The position numbers were made by a program, and so were the translations under genes. Shown here one piece after another: positions 1-13,134 of a DNA stretch of 64,000 nucleotides (positions within the stretch are counted from its first letter, which is position 1; the number at the start of each line of letters is the position of its first letter). Source of the stretch: Eledone cirrhosa. Lineage: Eukaryota. The stretch lies in contig OZ024748.1 in NCBI GenBank assembly GCA_964016885.1, forward strand, positions 30,814,001 through 30,878,000, read 5' to 3'. The notes under the pieces were generated by a model. It saw nothing but the letters and a program-made list of their open reading frames with translations. It made no database searches and was not told the origin of the DNA.

Positions 1-498
1 GTAGTAGTAGTAGTAGTAGTGTTCTGTTGCCAGTTTCTTCTAGCTCTGACTATAAGGTCGCTAACTACTAAGTTATGTTGGGCGGTACATTCTTCACTGG
101 GAGGGATTTTGTGTTCCTAGCCGGCACTCTGTCTTGACTTCTAACGAGAATGAAATTGATTTGGTTGACGTAATCTATAGGTGATTAAGTGGTTGTTTTG
201 TTACAGATAGATAAGTCTTTTGCACCACAGATTTTCCAAGAACCTGAAGCATGATAATGATCATGACAATGACAATAATGATGACAATGATGACAATGAT
301 GATATATTGTGTAGCTATTGGGCATCAATACAATGCATTTTTTCATCCGAATATATTTTTTATGTCTGTTTAAAGTCAGTAAATTCTGATTAGTTCCGTA
401 TCAATAATTGCTATCAATTACAGCTGAAAGAGATTATAAACATATGAATAACTTCAATTAAATTGATCTGCTTCTTTTATGTTGACCAGTTTCATTGA

Positions 499-1682
499 TT
501 TATATGAAGCCATAGAGCATATTTTATTTATATGAAGCCATAGGGCATATTTTATTTATATGAAGCCATAGGGCATATTTTATTTATATGAAGCCATAGA
601 GCATATTTTATTTATATGGAGCCACAGGACATATTTTATTTATATGGAGCCATATAGCATATTTTATTTATATGAAGCCATAGAGCATATTTTATTTATA
701 TGAAGCCATCGGACATATTTTATTTATATGAAGCCATAGAGCATATTTTATTTATATGAAGCCACAGGACATATTTTATTTATATGAAGCCACAGGACAT
801 ATTTTATTTATATGAAGCCATAGAGCATATTTTATTTATATGAAGCCATAGAGCATATTTTATTTATATGAAGCCATAGAGCATATTTTATTTATATGAA
901 GCCACAGGACATATTTTATTTATATGAAGCCACAGGACATATTTTATTTATATGAAGCGATAGGGCATATTTTATTTATATGAAGCCGCAGGACATATTT
1001 TATATTTATGAAGCCACAGGGCATATTTTACTTATATGAAGCCATAGGGCATATTTTATTTATATGAAGCCACAGGGCATATTTTATTTATACGAAGCGA
1101 TAGGGTATATTTTATTTATATGAAGCCATAGAGCATATTTTATTTATATGAAGCCACAGGACATATTTTATTTATATGAAGCCGCAGGACATATTTTATT
1201 TATATGAAGCCACAGGACATATTTTACTTATATGAAGCCATAGGGCATATTTTATTTATATGAAGCCACAGGACATATTTTACTTATATGAAGCCATAGG
1301 GCATATTTTATTTATATGAAGCCACAGGACATATTTTACTTATATGAAGCCATAGGGCATATTTTATTTATATGAAGCCATAGAGCATATTTTATTTATA
1401 TGAAGCCATAGAGCATATTTTATTTATATGAAGCCATAGAGCATATTTTATTTATATGAAGCCATAGAGCATATTTTATTTATATGAAGCCATAGAGCAT
1501 ATTTTATTTATATGAAGCCATAGAGCATATTTTATTTATATGAAGCCACAGGACATATTTTATTTATATGAAGCCACAGGACATATTTTACTTATATGAA
1601 GCCATAGAGCATATTTTATTTATATGAAGCCATAGGACATATTTTATTTACATGAAGCCATAGAGCATATTTTATTTATATA
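499..1682. repeat. 28-bp tandem minisatellite, ~42 copies
   Basis: Unit TATGAAGCCATAGAGCATATTTTATTTA recurs every 28 bp (e.g. 531, 559). Variants CATAGAGC, CATAGGGC and CACAGGAC are interspersed. Confidence 0.97.
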
Positions 1683-2249
1683 CTTTTTTGATTATTGATT
1701 TTTGTGTAACAGGGTTGTCTGCAGCTTCATTTTCAAATGGAATAAAATTTTAAAGCTAATTCTTTTCCATCCTGTGGCATTTGAGTGGAGCTGAATTACA
1801 GCTCTGACACTATGAGCATCATCATCATCATCATCATCGTGCTTAGAATGTCTCAGGAAAGAATCGTTGGACAGATTTTACAGGCAAAACCAATTGGCAG
1901 GAAACCCCAAGCAAGCCGGTTAGATAACATCCATGAGCTCAGCTGATCTCGCTTGGGAATCCAGCTGGATCAATTGGGGATGGTTGCTTCTGACAGGACC
2001 TGTTGGACAGTTTGTTTGAGGACTCTGCACCCCTACGGTCTTCCCAGAAATAACTGGGCAAAGAAGAAGGGTCACTGATAACGAGGTTCTTATCATTGTT
2101 GGTGGCTTGCTTTACTGACATAACAGGTGATACCTGTGAGGGTGCTTGGATATTTCAGCACCCGAGGCTCACTATCATCCAGCCTTACTGACATATAAAG
2201 TAATACCTGTGAGGGTGCTTGGATATTCCATCACCTGAGGCTCATTAGG

Positions 2250-2480
2250 CTGGTGCTTATCTCAGTTTCTGTGGCATCAAGCAACTAAAAGTACAAGACT
2301 TTCGCCTGGACAGGATGCCAGTCCATCACAGGGTTAAACTCCCAGCTACTGCTGGTACTCATTTTCAGCTGAGTATACTGGAAATGAAGTGTTTTGCTCA
2401 AGAACACTACACACAACCTGGTCCAGGAATTGAACCCACAACATTATGATCATAAATCCAACACCCTTATCACTAGGTGC
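2250..2480 (-). mobile_element. Degenerate tRNA-derived SINE
   Basis: Reverse-complement B-box (GGAATTGAACCC on plus) and a CTTGAGCAAAACACTT post-tRNA segment resembling the SINE at 9616. Confidence 0.65.
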
Positions 2481-2689
2481 TCAGCTATTCCAGTGTCTTA
2501 ACCATGCTATCATCCATGGCAATGTTACTTCAAAGACTCCAGTGCTCCTTAATGTAGGATGTAATTGAACCTGCAGTTTATGAAATGCTACATATTAAAG
2601 GCACTATCAAATGATATATAAAATACTATGTAATGTTTTCAATGGAAATATATTATGTTATATTGTTATTATTATTGTTTCTTTGCTCA

Positions 2690-3150
2690 GCTTCTAATGT
2701 TGAAAATGTATTACAGTGTTAGCTGTTCACTACCAGTGAACTGAGGTAACAACCCTTATTTTTCGGGCACCCTCTGGAGTATTTGAGCTGTTCCAAGCAA
2801 TGTTGTTTTTTTAAGTGTTCCATCTGTATTGTAATCCCTATTTGTTTAATGTACTTCTCAAGATCTTTACTCACTGTTTCCAAGACTCCAACTATTATTA
2901 GTATTACCACCACCTGGTAATATGCCATTCATGCCACAAATTCTACACTTATCACTTTCTGCTGTGAGGTCTACTCTATGTTTGATGTAATTAGTTCTTA
3001 GTACTTGTTCTTGAACAGCACAGATTAAGGTTTCTGTTTCCAGTTTTATATCACTTTTAGTTATCCATAATCACCTTTTTTCTCTGTCTTATCTTCAACA
3101 TCGCTATGGAATTGTCCATACATTCTTCCTTCTGTCCATCTAATTTCAGT
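2690..3150 (-). mobile_element. R4/Dong-like non-LTR retrotransposon, 3' fragment
   Basis: Minus-strand peptides MYGQFH, ETETLICAVQEQVLRTNYIK and VVVILIIVGVLETVSKDLEKYIKQIG resemble the post-RT and C-terminal regions of REL-endonuclease LINEs. Frames are broken. Confidence 0.7.
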
Positions 3151-4820
3151 TTACATACACTGTTGGAGCTGCCCACTCTGCATGGTCAATTTTTTCAATC
3201 ACTCCCATTATTGCCAGTCTATCTAATTCTTTGTTGACTTGATCTAATGTTGGAAATAGTACACTTCATTTGGGTTTAAATACACGTGTTGCATTTTTTT
3301 TCACTTGAAATTTAGCTTTCGTTTTAGTACAACAACCTAACTCATCTGAAAAAATATCGGAGAACCACCTTTAAAATTCTTTTTTTAAATTTTCTGACAT
3401 TTTGTTTGAACTGGCTGACGACCCAATTACATTTTTACAAAACATATTTATGGGTAAATCCCATAACTCGAACAGCTACATCCAGTCAGTATACAAAAGA
3501 TTTATTGTATTTATTAATACATAAGCTTTAGCTTTTACAGTCTTGCCACGAAATGTAACGTTACTTACTATTTTGCCTTTAAAAAATAATTTCTTCCCCA
3601 AAACGCCACATGCAATATTCAAGGTTTTATTTAATGTAAATTTCCCGGTTACTGATCACATGTCTTCACGGATTATAGTAATGTCACTACCTGTATCTAA
3701 CTGCAATTTCACATTCACGTTGTTCATTTTTATCTTCACAAATTTCCTTTGAGTTTCATTAACTTTTTTTCCACTGATAACATGTTTACATATTTTTTCC
3801 TGTTGAACCTTTTTCTTGGTTTTGTTTTGTAGCATGATTTTTTATGTCCTATTCTCCCACTCAAAGGACTTTAAGCTTTTAAAAGGACAATCCTATCTGA
3901 AGTGCAATCCTCCACATCCAAAACATAGATTAATTTTTTGTTTTCCATTTTTTAAACTTTTGGTCACACCGACTGTACATGAGAGTAGTCTCTCTCTTCA
4001 ATTCTTTCCATACCATGTCTCAGATTCATAATTCTCTGATATTCCTCAGAAATTTCCTGTAATGTTAAGTTCTGATTCTGCTCTAATTTTGTCAGAATTC
4101 TGGTACGAATTTCTGCATCTTTCTTTGCAGTTAATCCTTGCATGAAAATGAAGCATTTAAACATGTTTGGGGTTAGTTCGTTAAGTTTAAATTTTTCGCA
4201 TTCCTTGTTAACATTCCCAGCAAACATAACAAAATATTCGTCCTCTTTTTTCACCAGATTCATACACTGCCAATGGGTGTTAAATAAAGAACTTTTTTTG
4301 CTATAAATTTTTGACAGGATATTTACTGTTTCCTCAAAACAGATCCCACCTGGTTTCTTCGGTAGTATATAGTTGCAGTATTTTTCATGTTCAACAAAAG
4401 TTGTATTTTTTCTCATCTTCTTGGAAAATTTCCTCCTGTCTTCTAAAGTAAGTGGAGAAGGTAATGCCTTCATCTGGGTTAACATACTTGATGTATTTTC
4501 CATTTTCTTCAGTATTAATTCTATTAACTGTTGTTGTTGTCATTGAAACTGTACCACTTTCATATTAAGGAGATTTTATTTTATTATTTTTTTGTTTACA
4601 AAAAAAACCCCCAGTCTAATGTAAGCTTTGAATAACTCGTCGCCACTGTTATAATGGGGTGTAACACCTGTTAGTATATCTGTACGAATGAAGGTAAAAC
4701 CAAAGTATTCACCAGACCTAATTTCGAACTACCAATGAAATCACTACAATGAGACTTTGTATACACAGTCTACTTCAGTTATTATTTAGAGACATTTTGC
4801 CTAGTCCGATTTTAGTTACA
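3151..4820 (-). mobile_element. Gypsy (Mag/K02A2.6-like) LTR retrotransposon 5' half: LTR, PBS, gag, protease, start of RT
   Basis: Gag-like ORF 3964-4503, aspartic protease motif LQLDTGSDITII (~3675-3712) and RT N-terminus ELDRLAIMGVIEKIDHAEWAAPTV (~3160-3230). PBS TGGCGACGAG at 4636-4645 adjoins a putative TGT...ACA LTR at 4647-4820. Confidence 0.85.
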
Positions 4821-5400
4821 TGGGGTGTTCATGTTTTCCCTACAACAGTCCTTCAAGAGAGTATCTATACTGGCCTGTATTCTCCTTTTTCACCATGGCT
4901 CTTTTTTTTGTCTCCTTTATTGTTTTTCTTTGCCTTAACATCTACACCCATAATTTCAGCTACAATAATTGTTTCTACTTTTGGCACAAACTGAGCTCAG
5001 TTTGCATTGGTCAACCTTCTTTAGGCTGCAAATAAGATTCCTATTTTCCTCCTGCAACCTTGTCTTTATTCTGCTGTATGTCACCTTCTGTTCACCAGTC
5101 ATGTTTTCATCAATTTCATTGTCTTCCATACCATCTACATTTCTCTTACCAAATAAACCATCTCTACCCTGTTTCTGTGGGTTACTAGAAATCTCTTCAC
5201 TCTTGTCCTCTGCTGTAGTTTCCCTTTCCTCATTTTCACCATTTCTTTCACTGCTGTTTTTTGATACCCATCTTTTGATAGCTTCAAATTCCACTTCTGT
5301 TAACCAGCGATTTTTTCTTATTGCTCTGGCTTGGTCACATAACCTCTGCTCCGTGAGTTGAAACAAGCCTCTTTCAGAACGTAAAGGGACATAACTCTAT
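4821..5400 (-). mobile_element. R4/Dong-like LINE, N-terminal fragment
   Basis: ORF 4956-5366 begins FQLTEQRLCDQARAIRKNRWLTEVEFE, which resembles the N-terminal helical domain of R4/Dong-type ORFs. Confidence 0.65.
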
Positions 5401-5559
5401 GCTGCTTTATTTATTTAACATATGAGGTAGCGATTATTAGGTTGCACAACTCCCAGTGTTTTTATAATGACACCATCACTATTGTTATTATAATAAACAA
5501 TTATCACCATCATCATTATTGAACTTATCACCACCATCATCTTCCCCATCACCACTTGG

Positions 5560-5892
5560 AGATTGGAATGTCCTCAGGCGCTCACTGCCCTCGACCAGTC
5601 GGGCAATGTGATCGGTGGAAACTCCATCTTGGCGTTCTATAGAGGATTATAGTATAGACAGTATGCCTTCACCTCTTCCCACTGTAAAGTTGTCATGTAG
5701 GCGCCACAGCAAAAATCACCCAGTACACACTGTAAATGAGGTTGGTGTTAGGAAGGGCATCCAGCTGTAGAAACCATGCCAAAATCAGTTCTGTATGAGC
5801 AAGACATGGTCACCTGACCTGGCATTGCCCACAACAGAACTCGTCTAACACATGCTAGCATGGAAGAATGGACGTAAAACGGTGATGGTGAT
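5560..5892 (+). mobile_element. SINE remnant with RTE-type 3' tail
   Basis: GGTTGGTGTTAGGAAGGGCATCCAGCTGTAGAAA ... GGACGTAAAAC followed by a (GAT)-like tail. The same tail motif ends the RTE at 26420-26592. Confidence 0.75.
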
Positions 5893-5930
5893 TCTTCTTC
5901 TTCTTATTATTATTATCTACTTAGTAAATG

Positions 5931-6350
5931 AGGGTGGTGGTTTGGCAGTATTGATAGAGAGTCAAACAACATACTTTGTGGCATATAGTTACAGCCCTTT
6001 ACATTCTGAGTTCAAATACTGCCAAGGTTAGCTTCACTTCCCAGCCTTACGAGGTCGATAAAAGAATGTACCAGTAATGCACTGGGGTCAATTTAATCGA
6101 CTTTCTTTTCCCCCAAATTATTGGCATTGAGCCTAAATAAGAAAGCATTATTATTTACTTAGCATTATGGATTGGTAGTATCGGTAGAGGGTCGGACGCC
6201 ATGCTTTCCAGCATAGTTACGTCCCTTTACGATCTGAGTTCAAATCCCGCCGACTTTGCCTTTCATCCTTACGGGGTCGATAAAATAAAGTACCAGTAAT
6301 GCACTGGGTAATTGCTGGCCTTGTGCCTAAAGTAGAAACAATTATTATTT
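5931..6350 (+). mobile_element. Two tandem tRNA-derived SINEs with a TTTGCCTTTCATCC...GTCGATAAAATAAAGTACCAG core (MetaSINE-like)
   Basis: B-box GAGTTCAAAT, conserved core and (ATT)n tails. The second copy (~6167-6350) is nearly identical to the SINE amplified in the 33-64 kb array. Confidence 0.85.
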
Positions 6351-6462
6351 ACTTAGCAAATGATTATCCATAAAGGATTTTTTCTCTTTTGACTATTTAA
6401 AAATTGTTACTTAATTCTTAACATCCTGTAATGATTTAGTAGAAAATTCCTATAAACAGATT

Positions 6463-6839
6463 TCATCATCATCATCATTTTACGTCCGCTTGCAAGGGTG
6501 GGACGGGAACTGATTCTGGCTTGATTTCTATAGCTGGATGCCCTTCCTAACACCAACCTCATTTACAGTGAGTGCTGGATGCTTTTTTTCTGTGGTGCCT
6601 ACACGTCCACTTTACAGTGAGTGCTGGGTGATTTTTTGCCATGGCACCTCTACGACTACTTTGCAGTGGAATGATAGGGACCCCAGTCCCTATCATCTCA
6701 TTTCTACAGCTGAGTAAACTGGAGTAATGTGAAATAAAGTGTCTTGCTCAAGGAAACAACACATCACGCGGTCTGAGAATTGAACTCACAACCTTTCGAT
6801 TGCCAGGCCAATGCTCTAACCACTAAGCCATGTGCCTCC
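6463..6839 (-). mobile_element. Full-length tRNA-derived SINE with RTE-type tail
   Basis: Close reverse complement of 9616-9958 plus an internal ~50-bp duplication and a (GAT)n tail. Confidence 0.9.
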
Positions 6840-7179
6840 ATTTGTTCATTCCAATACATATAGTATCTTTCCTGGTGGACAGATCATTGGGAAAATGTGC
6901 AGTAAACTATCTTCAATTTTTAATGTTGTGCAGTCACAGTGCTATTTTGTACTTTTCAAGAATGTCTTGTTAATGTAGTCTCGTACAGTATAGGATGTTA
7001 GGAGTTAAAGTATATCTCTTTCAGTTAACATCTCACACAGAGTGTTAAATGGCTGTTAATAGCATTTATGAAATTCCATATTCGTTTATTTAAATTTGTA
7101 GGTCCCCAAGATAAGTTGCATATGGAGACATAAACAATTGAATCTTAATAAATCAAAATATGGTTCCACTATGAACAGG

Positions 7180-7445
7180 GTATGGTGCAGTCAACTGGCC
7201 AGACCCCCTCATAACAGGACCACCCAGTTCCACACTGTAAACATGGTTGGTATTAGAGCGGGCATCCAGCTGTAAAAAACCCCAGCCAAAATACAGTTCC
7301 ATTTGAGTAAGGTACGGCGTAGCCAAATAGTCAGACTTTTCTCATAATGTTGATACGTCTAAACTATGCTAGCACGGAGAAATAAGACGTTAAATGGTGG
7401 TGGCGATGATGATGATGATGATGATAATGATGATGATGATGATGA
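7180..7445 (+). mobile_element. RTE-tail SINE or LINE 3' remnant
   Basis: CCAGTTCCACACTGTAAA...GGGCATCCAGCTGTA...GACGTTAAA followed by (GAT)n. Confidence 0.65.
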
Positions 7446-8009
7446 ATAAATCTTATTATTATACAGTCCAGTAACAGATTCATGGGTGTTAATTTTCTGA
7501 GTACAAGGCAAACACAGGCACAAACAACTGACACTTATATATATATATAATTTTTTCTTGATAATCTATTTATTTTATATTCTGTTTACTGATTTATTTA
7601 TCTATTTAAGTACATATTTATGCCTAAAATATGAGTGATTTCTGCAGCTATGCCATGCAAAGAATGATAGTGTATGTTGAATGCCATGAAATTTGTAACA
7701 GAATCCCCAATACCCTACATGACCAGGAAAAACAAGACTCGTCAAAACACGTCTTGCATTGAAATAAAAGATTAATCATATATTGAATTTAACACTTTGA
7801 AGCCAATCAATTCCTATCTTTCAATGATTCAAGCAGCTTATCTCCAACATATATTAAATGGAGCTTGAAATAACTCTTTTATGCATCTGGTTCAGCATGC
7901 TCAAACACAGGACTAATACTTACAATAATATTGATGTGACACTGGCCTCACTCTCCTAAAACCCAGTGGTGATACAAATCTTGGTTAACACCTACAATAA
8001 TATTGATTT

Positions 8010-9112
8010 ATAATTGAGTTACAAGGCCAACAAATTTGGGGGAGGGGCAAAGTTGATGAAATCAACCCCAGTACTTAACTGGTACTTTATTTTATTGACT
8101 CTGGAAAGATGAAATGCAAAGTTGACCTCAGAATATTGAGAGCCAGAGCAAATACTGCTTTACTAATCCTGCCAATCCACCACCCTCACCTACAACATTG
8201 GTCTCACTCTCCTAAGAAATCATATGATGTTGTTATTTAGATCCAGTTGAGGGCAGTGCAGTGGAAAAAGGCATTAAAGCATTGAATGAAAATGTTTTGC
8301 TGCATATAGTAATGGTCCTTTATGTTTTGAGTTCAAATCCCACTGAGGTTAACTTTGCTTTTCATCATTCTGGAGTCAATAAAATAAAGTACCAGTCAAG
8401 TACTGAGGTCTGTATAATTGATTTCTCACTACCCAAATAGCTGACATTGGGCCAATGTTAGAAAGAATTATTAGGGTGGTGGATTTGCAGAATGTTTAGA
8501 GTGTTGAACAAATACTCCACAATATTTGTTCCAGTACTTTATGTTCTGAGTTAAAATCCCACGAAGGTCAACTTTGCCTTTCATCAATCTAGGATTGTTA
8601 AAATAAAGTACTAGGCAAGTACTGGGTTGATATAATTGACTTTCCTCTCTTCTAAATTTCTGGCTTTTTGCCTAAATCAAAAACAGTTCAAGTAGCAATG
8701 ATCAAGCAAACTTATGATTAAAGGTGTTCCAGTTTGTTTTTACTCATCATCATCATCAGTTTTTATCAACTCTTAAAAGTATGAAAGACCACACTGACCT
8801 CAATGAGAATGAAACTCAGAGCAAAGAGAGCTAAAATGAATACCACAAAAGCAATCTATATGATGTTCTAACAACTCTACCAATTCAATTCCCGCCAACA
8901 TAAAAAATATAAAAATATAAAATATAGATCTATATTTTAAAGAAAGAATGAAAGAGTTACGGCCCTTTGTATTCTGAGTTCAAATCCTACTGAGATTAGC
9001 TTTGCCTTTCATCCTTACGAGAGTCGATAAAATAAAGTAACGCACTGGGGGCGATTTAGTCCCCCCCTCCCTTCAAATTGCTGGCCTTGTGCCAACACTA
9101 GAAACAATTATT
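8010..9112. mobile_element. Cluster of about 5 degenerate MetaSINE-like copies in both orientations
   Basis: Repeated GAGTTCAAATCC and TTTGCCTTTCATC..ATAAAATAAAGTAC motifs at ~8010-8185 (-), 8250-8470 (+), 8473-8685 (+), 8760-8890 (-) and 8955-9112 (+). Confidence 0.75.
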
Positions 9113-9165
9113 TAATTTTATAATAGTTTTTTTTAATTTTTATTTTTTTATTTTTTTTGTCTTCT

Positions 9166-9289
9166 TTAAGATTCAGTGAGTTTCTCTCGAATAATCTTCA
9201 CTGCTTCATCACGGTTGATCATCTTATTGGCTTTTCCTTGGTAACGTCCCTTCTTGCCAGCACCTTTACCATCAAGAATTTTTGCAACA
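9166..9289 (-). CDS. AARSD1: Terminal coding exon of alanyl-tRNA editing protein (AlaXp/AARSD1-like)
   Basis: Encodes VAKILDGKGAGKKGRYQGKANKMINRDEAVKIIREKLTES*, matching my recollection of the AARSD1 C-terminus (VAEVLEGKGAGKKGRFQGKATKMSRR). It is preceded by a pyrimidine-rich acceptor ending AG at 9291-9290 (phase 2). TAA is at 9168-9166. Confidence 0.82.
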
Positions 9290-9368
9290 CTACCAAAATA
9301 TAAAAGTAAACAAAAATAAATATAATTATTTACATTCATACATGAACACACACACATATATATATATA

Positions 9369-11261
9369 CAGTTGTCCCCAGGTATTCTCAGGGGTTATGT
9401 TCCTACAGCACCCAGGAAGAGTGAAAAACCACGAATATTGGATGTGGTCCATAAAAATGCCTAGAAACAGTAAAATATGTAAAATATAATTAAAAAAATA
9501 TATAATATTTAATAATAATTTAATAAAAAATACAGTAAAATGTATGGGTACTCACCAATAATGAATGATATTGATTGAAGGTGATGATGATGATGAAAAT
9601 AATGAAGATAATGATGGAGGCACATGGCTTAGTGGTTAGAGCATTGGCCTTGCAATCGAAAGGTTGTGAGTTCAATTCTCAGACCGGGTGATGTGTTGTT
9701 TCCTTGAACAAGACACTTTATTTCACATTGCTCCAGTTTACTCAGCTGTAGAAATGAGATGATAGGGACTGGGGTCCCTATCATTCCACTGCAAAGTGGT
9801 CGTGGAGGTGCCATGGCAAAAAAGCACCCAGCACTCACTGTAAATGAGGTTGGTGTGAGGAAGGGCATCCAGCTGTAGAAATCAAGCCAGCATCAGTTCC
9901 CGTCCCACCCTTGCAAGCAAGGAAAAAGCGGACGTAAAATGAAATGATGATGATGATGAATGACTGCACAGTAAGGCAGAGGATATAGGTTGCACCTCAT
10001 CTGCAGGCATTTCAGCAGATGTGGTATCTTTGTGCAAGGTTTTCTTGGTGCGCTTTGAGGAACATTGTGATGGGAAGTTGCTGTCGCTGTTTCTTCATGG
10101 TGGTGAGAAGAGTTTTATATGTCTGCATGGCAGCATCGATGGTATTTTTAAATTGGAGAGACCAAACCATATAGGATCCCATGCTTCTGCCTTCCCTTGC
10201 AACTCCTTTGCTGTCCTCAAAAGGTTGGACAGATGTTCCATTGTCAAGCCCTACTCCTCCTCTTCCTCTGGCACTTCCTCCTCTTCTTCGCTGGCAGACT
10301 TTGTTAACTCCAACAAATCCTCGTCCATCAGGGCTTCAGAGTGGGCATCAATGAGGTTGACCTCATCTTGCATGATATCATCAAAACCTTTGCCTCCAAG
10401 TACCTTTCCCAGTCTCACCGCATTGTCGACAGCCTCGTGCTGAATTTCTTCAGGTGAGAAGTCCTTGTAGTCCTGGACACACTCTGGCCACACCGTCTTC
10501 CAGCATGCAATGAGGGTTTCTGTTTGCATGTCCTTAAGAGCAGCTTGGATGACTGACAGGCACATTGCAATCATGAAGTTACGCCAATACCCTTTAACTT
10601 GAAATTCTCATCAGAGTCCATTACGTCCACAAGGTTGGAAAGGGTTCAGAGTGTAAAGTGCCTTGAAGGTATGGATCACGCCTTGATCCATAGGCTGGAT
10701 GAGGTGGTGTTGGCAGGGAGGAACTCAACTTGAACTCCCTCATAATACAAATCCAAAGAGTGACCACCAGCATTATCCATAACTAGCAACACCTAAATTT
10801 CATGCATACGTTGTGGAGGTATTCCTTGGCTTGAGAGATGAAGCATTGGTGGAACCAGTTCAAAGTTAGACTTTTGGTAATCCAGGACTTGGAGTTGTGC
10901 ATCCACTGGACATGCATCAGATTAAGACCTGATTTCATCATGAAACCAGCAGCATTTCCACACATAATGTGTCACTCTGTCCTTCTGTGCCTTAAATCCT
11001 GGGGCTCTGGCTTCATCCTTCATGATGTACTATCTGGAAGGCATCTTCTTTCAGAACAAGCCAATCTCGCCCATATTGAAAACCTGTTCCAACTTGTATC
11101 CCTTGTCCTCGATGATCTACCTGAAGGTCTCGAGGTACTTCTTGGCAGCTTCTTTGTCAGCTGATGCTGCCTCTCCATGCAGGGAAACACACTTTATTTT
11201 CAACTGTTTCTGAAAACGGTTGAACCATCTCTTGCTGGCTTGAAAATCTTCGGGTTCTGGT
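9369..11261 (-). mobile_element. Tigger/pogo-family DNA transposon, 3' part (transposase pseudogene)
   Basis: Broken ORFs give FQASKRWFNRFQKQ..VSLHGEAASADKEAA (CENP-B HTH end), CGNAAG, KSWITKSLTLNWFHQCF and IQPMDQGVI (DDE_1 domain). A TA|CAGTTGTCCCC TIR-like end lies at 9369. It is interrupted by a SINE and truncated by the L1/Tx1. Confidence 0.88.
9616..9958 (+). mobile_element. Full-length tRNA-derived SINE with RTE-type tail, inserted in the Tigger
   Basis: A-box TGGCTTAGTGG, B-box GAGTTCAATTC, tail AGGAAGGGCATCCAGCTGTAGAAA...GGACGTAAAA and (GAT)n. Confidence 0.9.
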
Positions 11262-11426
11262 GCGGTAAGAGTTGTAAGCTCGCACGCTTTAGTCCCCCCT
11301 TCCTTCCCAACTAACGTCATAGAGAAGGAAGGAAAAAATAAAATAAAAACAGACGAATCTGCGGAGAAAAATGACGAAAACACAAATCTGGACATTGATT
11401 CCAACGGAAAAAAAAAATTTAAAAAA

Positions 11427-13134
11427 TTGCATGACAATATTAATACCACAAACAAAGACACGACAAACACAAAAATAACATTTGAAAACAACATCATAAC
11501 AGAAAGCAAAGCAGACGACAAAGTCAACACCAATAATATTTCATTTGCACAAACAACAAAGAAATCTTTGACATATATACCTGAAAATATTTCAGATGTG
11601 GCACAAAGAATTACAGACGCCAAACAATACATAAGTGAAGGAGAAAATGGTATTTTATCGGTAAAAATGCCTCAAGAACTCACCAAAGACATTGAAAGTC
11701 GGACGGTCGTTTTCCGCACCATCAACAACATTTCTAAAAAACCTGAACAGCCAACTCAAACAGAAATCAAGGCAGTACTTACAGAAGTACTTAATGAAAC
11801 CACTTTCATAAGAAAAGACAGACTGTATGGAAGCCTAGCGATTATTATGAAGAACGAATCGGCGGCAAAAAAATGTGCTTTGTCACCGATTCGTTCGAAA
11901 TTTTTTACCTTTTATCCATCTTATATGGGTAAAAGAACTCAGCGCATATGGCTGGATGCAATGATGCCAGATGTGGACTACTGCTGGCTCATAGCTGGCT
12001 TCATCGATCCAGCGAATGACAACGTGATTTCCATTGGGAAAACCACAGGTATAGAACTTGTAGTGCAAATGAAGCCTGAACGCATCGCCCAAATACCTGA
12101 CAGAATCCTATTAGAGGGCCACGGGTATATAAACATTAGCGTGGAGGGGAGAAGGCCGTCCTGTCATATCTGTGCAGGCAGAGGGCACCTGAGGGCGGCT
12201 TGTCCCCAACTCAACAAAAAGAAAACCCTGCTACCAACACCAACTCCACCACCACCACAACAGATAAACAAACAACAAAACTCAGTCCCACCCAACCCGT
12301 CCCTCAGTAAAACTACACCACCACCACAACACAAACAGTCACAACACATTACCCCAAAACAAAATACAGCCCCACCCAACCCCTCACTCAATAAAACAAC
12401 ACAACCACCGCAGCCACAACACACAACACAGTCTAACATAGTGACATCCATCTCCCCCACAAAGAAAACCAACACGGAAACATTACCAGCAAACATACCT
12501 CTTCCCTCCAACACTGAAGATAACCCAACGAATTCGGAGGAAGAAACGGAGTCCTTCAGACAGATTAAAAGGAAAAAAAGAAAACGTGCAAAACACACAA
12601 GGCCAAACAACCCCTACCCAAATGTCAACACAATCCAACAAAACACAAAACACCCCTCCAGCAACAAACAAAACCAAACCTGCCCATCCCCTCTTCGAAA
12701 CACTCACACCATCCGAAAAAAAGACATTACACTATACTTACATCAACAGAAACAATAATAAATTAAATGAACTCATAAACAATAACCCTTCGGTACAAAC
12801 CGAAGGTGTAAACTTTGTTTCTTCAGAAAACTACCCACATTTAAAATTAATAAAGATCCCAATGAACCTCTACCAAAAACTAAAAAAGGATTTTAAGGAG
12901 GACGTAGGACCACCCTCTGTCAAACCCATAAACCGCGTCCTACTAAAAAGCATTCCACCTCCCCTTCCCCTCCCCAACACAACTCCAAACACCCCAACCA
13001 CACCACACACTGACGACCCTACACCACCACAAGACCCCCCGACCCCACGGAAGTCGTGCGACCCGAACCCCGGGAAGCAGAAAGGTAGGTTTCTACACTC
13101 TCCTTTGGCTTTGCCGCCCACATGGATGTGTTAA
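11427..13134 (+). pseudogene. L1/Tx1 ORF1 (gag-like), frameshifted around 12600-12700
   Basis: ORF 11427-12758 has EGRRPSCHICAGRGHLRAAC (zinc knuckle), a Pro/Gln-rich linker and a basic KRKKRKR. Protein-like sequence continues in the frame of ORF 12586-13134, whose end overlaps the ORF2 ATG. Confidence 0.8.

Noticed and set aside
2111-2247. ~63-bp imperfect direct repeat
   Set aside because: It has only two diverged copies and no further structure, consistent with an ordinary local duplication.
9290-9357. N-terminal part of the 63-aa ORF 9166-9357
   Set aside because: It is intronic (TG repeat and pyrimidine tract). Similarity to AARSD1 starts after the AG acceptor.
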